64,000 nt of DNA from Escherichia phage Killian: the sequence record OQ446694.1. The stretch is one strand, 5' to 3'. Within the stretch, counting starts at the first letter, position 1. Every line of letters begins with the position of its first letter. Below are positions 57,691-64,000 of the stretch, piece by piece. The notes below the pieces were generated by a model. The model made no database searches, had not been told where the DNA came from, and saw only the letters and a program-made list of their open reading frames with translations. The translations under genes were made by a program, and so were the position numbers.

Positions 57691-57699
57691 AATTAATCC

Positions 57700-57978
57700 T
57701 CAAAATGTAATTTCTAACCAATCACCATCACGCTGATCACTATTGACTTTAAAGCTAAATCCTTCTTTTCTCAGCCAATCACCAATTTCTTCAGTAATCA
57801 ATTTATCGCGAGCAGTACAATAATAACTAAAATATGTTTTACCTTGTTCAGCTGCTTTATTAGCAAGTTCCGAAAAATCTTTAATAAAACACTCTAACTT
57901 AAACTGTTTACTTTTAAGTGCTTTTTCACGTAATTGATTAGCAAAAGATTCATTTTCATAAAGATCATACTGTTCCAT
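57700..57978 (-). CDS. Conserved hypothetical protein (24.2 position, 92 aa)
   Basis: ORF track; position. Confidence 0.6.
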   Translation of the reverse strand: MEQYDLYENESFANQLREKALKSKQFKLECFIKDFSELANKAAEQGKTYFSYYCTARDKLITEEIGDWLRKEGFSFKVNSDQRDGDWLEITF

Positions 57979-57981
57979 TTT

Positions 57982-58167
57982 TCACCTTTTATTAATATGT
58001 CTTTTTCTATAGACAACTTTTTCTCGAGTTTCAAATTTATTCTTAGCAGTCATAGCTCGAGCCCATAATACAGCCACTTCTTTCGCCTGTAAGTTTAATT
58101 CACGAGCAATTTCAATGAATGACTTTCCAGACTCATGAAGAGTAAACACCACAACCTCAGTTCTCAT
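57982..58167 (-). CDS. Small basic protein (24.3 position, 61 aa)
   Basis: ORF track; position. Confidence 0.55.
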   Translation of the reverse strand: MRTEVVVFTLHESGKSFIEIARELNLQAKEVAVLWARAMTAKNKFETREKVVYRKRHINKR

Positions 58168-58244
58168 ATCAATCTCACGTTATCGAGTTGATGCCATTAT
58201 ATACATCATTTTCTGAGTATGTTTTGTGTGCTTTCAAAATGAAG

Positions 58245-58262
58245 AAAGGGGCCGAAGCCCCT
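58245..58262 (-). terminator. UUCG-tetraloop hairpin 3' of hoc (AGGGGC-UUCG-GCCCCU)
   Basis: Identical to the hairpin at 16496..16513. Confidence 0.55.
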
Positions 58263-58273
58263 TATGATTATGA

Positions 58274-59692
58274 TTATGGATAGGTATAGATGATACCAGT
58301 TTCTAAAGCAGTTTTATGAATGATGTATCCATTACGTGATTCTTGAACATCAACTTCTGGATAGTCTTTCATCATCTTCTGAAGAGTGTAACGATGCAGG
58401 TAGTATTTACTGTCTGGATCTTCAGTTTTCCAATCTTTACCTTCTTCGGTCATTTTTTGGATTTCATCCATAACCCACCAACCGCACCAGATATAAGCTG
58501 AAGTACGATGTGGAAGAGGATGAACATAAGGCAATTCACCTTCTGGTTCCGGAGCAACTTTATCAGTTACCTGAACTTGGCCTGTTGCTTTAACTGTTTT
58601 ACTATCATAGTCGGTTGCTGTAACGACAGCAGTAACTTCAATAGTTTGACTTCCAATAGATGAGGTGTCAACGGTGTATACGTTAGTTGACCCTTCTACA
58701 GGAGAAGAATCTTTCTTCCATGAGTATTCGATTTGTGCTTCTTCTGGAGCATCAGTGACATTAGCCGTAAATGTAGCCGAAGCATCTTGCTGAACGTTAA
58801 TAGAAGGAGGAGTCAATGTAACCTGCGGATTCATTGTCTTCTTATTAACTGTCAATGATACTTCATTAGAAGTAACTTCCTTTTCATTGTAATTTTCAGC
58901 CGTTACTTGGGCTACACACTTAACTGTTTTAGCTCCAACTGTGGTAGGAGTATAGTTAAATGTAGTAGTAGTTTCTCCATCGACCAGAGAACCGTCAACA
59001 TACCACTGATACGTAGCAGACGCTCCTGGTGGCTGTGAATCCAAGGCAGCAGTAAATTGAACTGGGGTTCCAATTACTCCGGCAGCAGGATTAGCAGGAG
59101 TTACGGCTAACGTAGTTGTCTGTGTTTTCTTATTAACTGTTAATGATACTTCATTAGAAGTAACTGTTTTTGCGTCATAATCTGTTGCTGTTACTTGAGC
59201 TACACACTTGATTTTTTTAACTCCGCTTGTGTCAGGAGTGTAATTGAATGTAGCGTCAGTTGCTTCGTCTACAGGAGAACCGTCAACGTGCCATTGATAC
59301 GTAGCGTTTGCACCTGATGGCTGTGAAGCTAAGGCAGCGGTAAATTCAATTGGAGTTCCAATCACTCCAGCATCAGGGCTACCAGGAGTTACAGCTAAAG
59401 TAGTTGTTTGTGTTTTATTTTTGACTGTGATAGTTGTCGTAGTTTCTGCTGTTTCAGGATCAGCTTCTGGAACTGTATTTGTTGCAACCACCTTAATAGT
59501 CTTTTGACCTGCAGGTCCTTTTAGTACATAGCTAAAAGTTGCTTCAGCTCCATCCTGTGGAACATTATCTACACTCCAAGCATAGGTAATAGTTCCACCT
59601 TCAGTTTGACCACTGGGTGTAGCAGTAAACTGCTTGGTTTCATCAATAACTCCTGTTGGGGTTTTAGGAGTTATATCAACTGTAAAAGTCAT
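58274..59692 (-). CDS. hoc: Hoc, highly immunogenic outer capsid protein (Ig-like domains), 472 aa
   Basis: Thr/Val-rich Ig-like repeats followed by a conserved C-terminal capsid-binding region (PYVHPLPHRTSAYIWCGWWVMDEIQKM...); contains an internal tandem domain duplication. Confidence 0.9.
   Translation of the reverse strand: MTFTVDITPKTPTGVIDETKQFTATPSGQTEGGTITYAWSVDNVPQDGAEATFSYVLKGPAGQKTIKVVATNTVPEADPETAETTTTITVKNKTQTTTLAVTPGSPDAGVIGTPIEFTAALASQPSGANATYQWHVDGSPVDEATDATFNYTPDTSGVKKIKCVAQVTATDYDAKTVTSNEVSLTVNKKTQTTTLAVTPANPAAGVIGTPVQFTAALDSQPPGASATYQWYVDGSLVDGETTTTFNYTPTTVGAKTVKCVAQVTAENYNEKEVTSNEVSLTVNKKTMNPQVTLTPPSINVQQDASATFTANVTDAPEEAQIEYSWKKDSSPVEGSTNVYTVDTSSIGSQTIEVTAVVTATDYDSKTVKATGQVQVTDKVAPEPEGELPYVHPLPHRTSAYIWCGWWVMDEIQKMTEEGKDWKTEDPDSKYYLHRYTLQKMMKDYPEVDVQESRNGYIIHKTALETGIIYTYP
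58841..59416 (-). repeat. In-frame tandem duplication (2 x 288 bp) inside hoc encoding two ~96-aa Ig-like domains
   Basis: Protein units KTQTTTLAVTPGSPDAGVIGTPIEFTAAL...SLTVNK and KTQTTTLAVTPANPAAGVIGTPVQFTAAL...SLTVNK; DNA units visibly similar (e.g. ttcttattaactgt(c/t)aatgatacttcattagaagtaac). Confidence 0.85.
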
Positions 59693-59701
59693 AAGTTATC
59701 C

Positions 59702-60382
59702 TTATTTTAATGTTACGAAAGAAGAATTGCGTGTTTCACGAATTAGAACTGATCCGTCACGATTAATGTAGTAAATTAAGCTAAATAAAGTTTGATGCGC
59801 AGACGCATGTTCAAAACTGGTTGGGCGAGATTTCCAATCTGGAGTTTCAGCAATCCATTGGTAAATCCACCAAGGAACAGTGCAGAATCCTGGATTTTTT
59901 CCAATCAGCTGAAGATTTGGGCTAAAGTTTTCCGGAAGAGTAAATACAGACGGCTTTTCAGATTCAATAATCTCAGCTACAGCCTGTTCGAATTTTTCTT
60001 CAACAAAAGGAGTATCTTCAATCAAAACATCGGTATTTTCAGGAATTTTATCCGTTTCTACTACTTCAATTTTAATGTCAGATTTAACCGGAGAATCAAT
60101 CAGAAGTGCTGCCTCTGGATTGACTTCTTCATCGTCATATTTTAATCCGTCTGCGGCATCAGCAGCATCGATTAAGTCTTTAATAGATAACCCATCAGTC
60201 TCTGGCATAGGTTCACTAGCGAGCTTCTGGAGGGCTTCTTCAATATCATTAACGATATTATCAAAAGATTTATTCTTTTTGACCTTTATACCAAACTGTT
60301 CAGCATATTCAGCTAATTTAGCTTTAGCTTCTTTATTATCATCAAGAGCCTTCAGCTTTGCAATATAATCTTTATCTATCAT
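59702..60382 (-). CDS. inh: Inh, inhibitor of prohead protease gp21
   Basis: 226 aa; position between hoc and uvsW; matches T4 Inh. Confidence 0.85.
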   Translation of the reverse strand: MIDKDYIAKLKALDDNKEAKAKLAEYAEQFGIKVKKNKSFDNIVNDIEEALQKLASEPMPETDGLSIKDLIDAADAADGLKYDDEEVNPEAALLIDSPVKSDIKIEVVETDKIPENTDVLIEDTPFVEEKFEQAVAEIIESEKPSVFTLPENFSPNLQLIGKNPGFCTVPWWIYQWIAETPDWKSRPTSFEHASAHQTLFSLIYYINRDGSVLIRETRNSSFVTLK

Positions 60383-60395
60383 AATATTTCCTCAG

Positions 60396-60403
60396 TATAA
60401 ATA
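60396..60403 (+). promoter_or_regulatory. Late promoter (TATAAATA) for uvsW
   Basis: Exact motif 30 nt upstream of ATG 60433. Confidence 0.7.
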
Positions 60404-60432
60404 TAGATATATTTATTACATGGTATTTAAAC

Positions 60433-61944
60433 ATGACTGACATTAAAGTACATTTTTATGATTTTAGTCACGTGAGAATTGATTGCGAAGAAAGTACATT
60501 TCATGAACTCCGTGATTTCTTTAGCTTTGAAGCTGATGGGTATCGTTTTAATCCGAAATACAAATATGGCCACTGGGATGGACGAATTCGTCTTTTAGAT
60601 TATAATCGCCTTCTTCCATTCGGTTTAGTCGGGCAAATTAAAAAGTTCTGTGATAACTTTGGCTATAAAGCCTGGATTGACCCGCAAATTAACGAAAAAG
60701 AAGAATTATCAAGAAAAGATTTTGATGAATGGCTTTCTAAATTAGAAATCTATTCAGGAAATAAAAGAATTGAACCGCATTGGTATCAAAAAGATGCAGT
60801 GTTCGAAGGATTAGTTAATCGTCGTAGAATTCTTAATCTTCCAACATCCGCAGGTAAATCTTTAATTCAAGCTTTGCTCGCTCGGTATTATTTGGAAAAT
60901 TATGAAGGCAAAATTCTTATCATTGTTCCAACAACTGCTCTGACAACTCAGATGGCTGATGACTTTGTTGACTATCGTTTATTCAGTCATGCAATGATAA
61001 AGAAAATCGGCGGTGGAGCATCAAAAGATGATAAATATAAAAATGATGCACCGGTCGTTGTTGGTACATGGCAAACTGTAGTAAAACAACCAAAAGAATG
61101 GTTCTCACAGTTTGGAATGATGATGAATGATGAATGTCATCTTGCTACAGGAAAAAGTATTTCATCTATCATATCAGGTTTAAATAACTGTATGTTTAAA
61201 TTTGGTTTGTCTGGTTCATTGCGCGATGGCAAAGCTAATATCATGCAGTATGTTGGAATGTTCGGTGAAATATTTAAGCCAGTAACGACCTCTAAATTAA
61301 TGGAAGATGGACAAGTAACTGAGTTAAAAATTAATAGTATTTTTCTTCGCTATCCCGATGAGTTCACTACTAAATTAAAGGGAAAAACTTACCAAGAAGA
61401 AATAAAAATTATTACTGGGCTCAGTAAAAGAAATAAATGGATCGCTAAATTAGCTATTAAGCTTGCGCAAAAAGATGAAAATGCTTTTGTCATGTTTAAA
61501 CACGTATCGCACGGTAAAGCTATTTTCGATTTAATTAAAAATGAATACGATAAAGTTTATTACGTATCAGGGGAAGTTGATACCGAAACCCGCAATATAA
61601 TGAAAACCTTAGCTGAAAACGGTAAAGGAATAATTATAGTAGCTAGTTATGGTGTATTTTCTACCGGTATTTCAGTTAAAAATCTGCATCACGTTGTTTT
61701 AGCACACGGTGTTAAATCTAAAATTATTGTATTGCAAACAATAGGTCGCGTATTACGTAAGCATGGTTCTAAAACAATCGCAACAGTCTGGGACCTCATA
61801 GATGACGCGGGCGTAGTTTCTAAATCAAAAACATCTTCTAAAAAATACTCGCATTTAAACTATCTTTTAAAACATGGACTTGATCGTATTCAGCGTTATG
61901 CTGATGAGAAGTTTAATTATGTGATGAAAGAGGTTAAACTTTGA
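60433..61944 (+). CDS. uvsW: UvsW DNA/RNA helicase (SF2)
   Basis: 503 aa; Walker A PTSAGKS, DECH box; matches T4 UvsW. Confidence 0.95.
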   Translation: MTDIKVHFYDFSHVRIDCEESTFHELRDFFSFEADGYRFNPKYKYGHWDGRIRLLDYNRLLPFGLVGQIKKFCDNFGYKAWIDPQINEKEELSRKDFDEWLSKLEIYSGNKRIEPHWYQKDAVFEGLVNRRRILNLPTSAGKSLIQALLARYYLENYEGKILIIVPTTALTTQMADDFVDYRLFSHAMIKKIGGGASKDDKYKNDAPVVVGTWQTVVKQPKEWFSQFGMMMNDECHLATGKSISSIISGLNNCMFKFGLSGSLRDGKANIMQYVGMFGEIFKPVTTSKLMEDGQVTELKINSIFLRYPDEFTTKLKGKTYQEEIKIITGLSKRNKWIAKLAIKLAQKDENAFVMFKHVSHGKAIFDLIKNEYDKVYYVSGEVDTETRNIMKTLAENGKGIIIVASYGVFSTGISVKNLHHVVLAHGVKSKIIVLQTIGRVLRKHGSKTIATVWDLIDDAGVVSKSKTSSKKYSHLNYLLKHGLDRIQRYADEKFNYVMKEVKL

Positions 61945-62633
61945 ATTATAAATTAATATATGATAATTTAATTAATAGAGCCCAGAATCGGGCTCGCCTT
62001 AATGGATACACTGAAACTCATCATATAATTCCTAGATGTATGGGTGGTACAGATGATAAGTGTAATTTGGTAGAACTAACAGCTGAAGAGCATTTTATAG
62101 CTCATAAACTTTTAGCTAAAATTCATCCAAACCATTACGGTATAATTAAAGCCGTTATATGTATGGGAATGAATTCAAATACTCATGAAAGACACGTTAA
62201 TAAATCTTACGCCTGGGAACGTCGTAAAATGGCAAAACTTCAATCAGGTGAAGGTAATCCATTTTACGGAAAACACCATACGGAAGAACATAAACAATAT
62301 ATGTCAAAACTCATGAAAAATCGTCCAATTACGTGGGGAAGTAAAATTAGTAAAACTAAAAGAATGAACCCAACAAAATGGACTGAAGAAGCTAAAAGAT
62401 TGCATTCTATCAATCAATCAGGTAAAAATAATGGCATGTATGGAAGGAAACATTCCGCTAAATCTATTCAGAAAATTAAAGATAACATGCCAGATAATTC
62501 AGGAGCTAATAACCCAGCTGCTAAACCTATAGAAGTAAATGGTGTTAAGTATAAATGCATGAAAGATGCTTCTAAAGCTACTGGATTATCAATGTACAAA
62601 CTAAGAATACTTAGAAAAACAGTTAATTTATAA
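61941..62633 (+). CDS. HNH homing endonuclease with NUMOD3 repeats and C-terminal NUMOD1-like HTH; TTG start
   Basis: HNH core THHIIPRCMGGTDDKCNLVELTAEEHFIAH; NUMOD3-like GEGNPFYGKHHTEEHKQYMSK and GKNNGMYGRKHSAKSIQKIK; AAGAGG SD 7 nt before TTG overlapping the uvsW stop. Confidence 0.8.
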   Translation: MNYKLIYDNLINRAQNRARLNGYTETHHIIPRCMGGTDDKCNLVELTAEEHFIAHKLLAKIHPNHYGIIKAVICMGMNSNTHERHVNKSYAWERRKMAKLQSGEGNPFYGKHHTEEHKQYMSKLMKNRPITWGSKISKTKRMNPTKWTEEAKRLHSINQSGKNNGMYGRKHSAKSIQKIKDNMPDNSGANNPAAKPIEVNGVKYKCMKDASKATGLSMYKLRILRKTVNL

Positions 62634-62648
62634 GGGCTTCGGCCCTTT
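62634..62648 (+). terminator. UUCG-tetraloop hairpin (GGGC-UUCG-GCCC) directly after the HNH gene
   Basis: Hairpin followed by tttgg then the uvsW.1 SD. Confidence 0.5.
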
Positions 62649-62889
62649 GGAGAAAAAGATGTTACTAGAATTTAAACAATTTCTTTATGAAGCTTCTATT
62701 GATGAATTTATGGGTAAAATTGCCTCTTGTCAAACAATAGAAGGTCTAGAAGAACTTGAAGCTTATTATAAGAAAAGAGTTAAAGAAACTGAATTAAAAG
62801 ATACTGATGACATCTCAGTCAGAGATGCTTTGGCAGGAAAAAGAGCTGAATTAGAAGATTCAGACGATGAAGTAGAAGAAAACTTTTAA
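62647..62889 (+). CDS. uvsW.1: UvsW.1-position small acidic protein (80 aa)
   Basis: GGAGAAAAAGATG SD/start; small acidic protein downstream of uvsW. Confidence 0.65.
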   Translation: MEKKMLLEFKQFLYEASIDEFMGKIASCQTIEGLEELEAYYKKRVKETELKDTDDISVRDALAGKRAELEDSDDEVEENF

Positions 62890-62944
62890 ATTAAAAAAGG
62901 CCCAACCAAAAAGGAAGGGCCAAAACTATAGACTAAAGGTCACA

Positions 62945-63112
62945 CTATAGCAAAAGTTGAGTTTCATTTAATTGTTCTTCCGAACTTTCTGAAACTGGTA
63001 GTTCTTTAATGTAATTATAACAAGGCCCAGGATGTACAGGACCTTTGTCTGTTTCAACAACCAATGCAGAATCGATTGGAGTTTTACAGACAACGCAAAT
63101 CTTATCTGACAT
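62945..63112 (-). CDS. Small protein (55 aa) at the uvsY.-2 position, not in ORF track
   Basis: Minus-strand ATG 63112 to TAG 62945; MSDKICVVCKTPIDSALVVETDKGPVHPGPCYNYIKELPVSESSEEQLNETQLLL; CxxC...C motif. Confidence 0.5.
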   Translation of the reverse strand: MSDKICVVCKTPIDSALVVETDKGPVHPGPCYNYIKELPVSESSEEQLNETQLLL

Positions 63113-63140
63113 GATTGTCTCCTCTAAATTATATATCTAT

Positions 63141-63365
63141 TTATATAACTCTCATATGCATATCAATGCCCATATCTTTAGAATAAAAATATTCATCAAG
63201 ATATCCGGCAAATTTTCCTTTAACATAAAGTACATCTTCACCACATGGATGATCGGCCAGGATACGAATATCCTGACGCTTGAGATTATACTTTTTCATT
63301 AAGAATTGAATTTCCGTTTCGAATTCTTCTTCATAATTAAAAGCATCATCAATGCTATATTTCAT
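63141..63365 (-). CDS. Small protein (74 aa) at the uvsY.-1 position
   Basis: ORF track; immediately downstream of uvsY. Confidence 0.6.
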   Translation of the reverse strand: MKYSIDDAFNYEEEFETEIQFLMKKYNLKRQDIRILADHPCGEDVLYVKGKFAGYLDEYFYSKDMGIDMHMRVI

Positions 63366-63778
63366 TATTTTCCAGCCTCAAATGCTCGCATGTCTTGAAT
63401 ATGCTTAATAGCAAATCCGCGTGATTTAATAGCATCAAGAGCTCCGCTACAGAAATCCAATAAAATTCCCCAATACTGCAATGAAGTATCAACTTTTAAA
63501 ACATCCTTATCAGCTGATAGAACTGTCTTCATTTCTGATTTCTCATAACGGTCCATACTAAATTCATCACCATCTCCTCGTCCCGAGTAGTAGTCTAATT
63601 TAGCTTTAAGAGCAACTTTTTTCTGTGCTTCAATTCTAAGCATTTCCTTTTTAATACTTGAATGCTTATTGAGCCATTTACTATATAACATCACATTATT
63701 AGCTGCTTCATACTGTAATTTAGTCGAATCTATAAACACATCTTTCTTCAATTCTTCTTGAAGATCTTCTAATTTCAT
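63365..63778 (-). CDS. uvsY: UvsY recombination mediator protein
   Basis: 137 aa, MKLEDLQEELKKDVFIDSTKLQYEAANNVMLYSKWLNKHSSIKKEMLRIEAQKK... matches T4 UvsY. Confidence 0.95.
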   Translation of the reverse strand: MKLEDLQEELKKDVFIDSTKLQYEAANNVMLYSKWLNKHSSIKKEMLRIEAQKKVALKAKLDYYSGRGDGDEFSMDRYEKSEMKTVLSADKDVLKVDTSLQYWGILLDFCSGALDAIKSRGFAIKHIQDMRAFEAGK

Positions 63779-63818
63779 ATTGTTCTCTATTCAATTGTTA
63801 TTGGATGGACTTAGATTC

Positions 63819-63844
63819 ATTATACCACGTTTATACGTGAAGCA
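63819..63844 (-). promoter_or_regulatory. MotA-dependent middle promoter for uvsY (MotA box TAATGCTTCA, 13-nt spacer, extended -10 TGGTATAAT)
   Basis: Minus strand ATGCTTCA-N13-TATAAT about 40 nt upstream of uvsY ATG; MotA box overlaps gene 25 stop. Confidence 0.7.
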
Positions 63845-64000
63845 TTATACTCTGTTACTGGAAGCCAGTTGTAGTTTTATCTGCTCAATATCATCAGGGT
63901 TATCAATGACTGAAAAGCGTATTTCTACTATCAGAGTATAATCATCATAAACCGGTATTACATTAACTGCTAATTTATCAATACGTGGCTCGTAGTTTCT
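63845..64000 (-). CDS. 25: gp25 baseplate wedge protein, C-terminal part only (gene starts beyond window end)
   Basis: Minus-strand translation ...RNYEPRIDKLAVNVIPVYDDYTLIVEIRFSVIDNPDDIEQIKLQLASSNRV* matches the T4 gp25 C-terminus. Confidence 0.85.
   Translation of the reverse strand, partial: RNYEPRIDKLAVNVIPVYDDYTLIVEIRFSVIDNPDDIEQIKLQLASSNRV

Noticed and set aside
58841-59416. Possible CRISPR array or other repetitive locus suggested by the periodic repeats in hoc
   Set aside because: The repeats are 288-bp in-frame coding duplications with about 75% identity and no short conserved repeat/spacer organisation; no CRISPR array is present anywhere in the window.
63045-63302. 85-aa plus-strand ORF between uvsW.1 and uvsY
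   Set aside because: It is antisense to the small minus-strand genes at the uvsY.-2 and uvsY.-1 positions and its translation is low-complexity (IFRIKIFIKISGKFSFNIKYIF).

Overview
This window is a contiguous segment of a T4-like (T-even, Tevenvirinae-type) myovirus genome, in the same orientation as the T4 reference map. The identification rests on many proteins I recognise directly from the translations: T4 lysozyme (e), RegB, rI, thymidine kinase, DenV, dNMP kinase (gene 1), RNA ligase 2 (rnlB), UvsW, UvsY, and the full late structural block 53-5-5.4-6-7-8-9-10-11-12-wac-13-14-15-16-17-18-19-20-67-68-21-22-23-24. The left ~27 kb (1..26708) is an early/middle region read almost entirely on the minus strand, ending with genes 57B/57A, 1, 3, 2 and 4. 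It contains a phage tRNA operon of seven tRNAs plus a stable-RNA region, interrupted by the GIY-YIG homing endonuclease segB. The right ~37 kb is the plus-strand late morphogenesis module, followed by rnlB, hoc, inh, uvsW, uvsY and the 3' end of gene 25. Regulatory signals are unusually readable: a recurring sigma70-type early promoter cassette (GTTTAC-N17-TGnTACTAT), exact TATAAATA late promoters in front of most structural genes, MotA-box middle promoters before uvsY and gene 1, and UUCG/GAAA hairpin terminators. No CRISPR array, integrase or prophage boundary is present. The most interesting material is accessory and sits inside this conserved backbone. (1) A plastic internal-protein locus between the tRNA operon and 57B, with two small proteins carrying capsid-targeting sequences, each behind its own early promoter, plus several unknown ORFs. 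(2) A nucleotidyltransferase-fold protein next to a P-loop ATPase at the left end. (3) Two HNH homing endonucleases, one abutting the tRNA operon where T4, as I recall it, has tRNA-Gln, and one between uvsW and uvsW.1. (4) A hoc gene with an in-frame tandem duplication of an Ig-like domain. (5) A run of paralogous small membrane proteins downstream of nudE. (6) A GrcA-like glycyl-radical cofactor and a macro-domain-like protein among the early genes. All comparisons to T4 are from memory; no database search was run.
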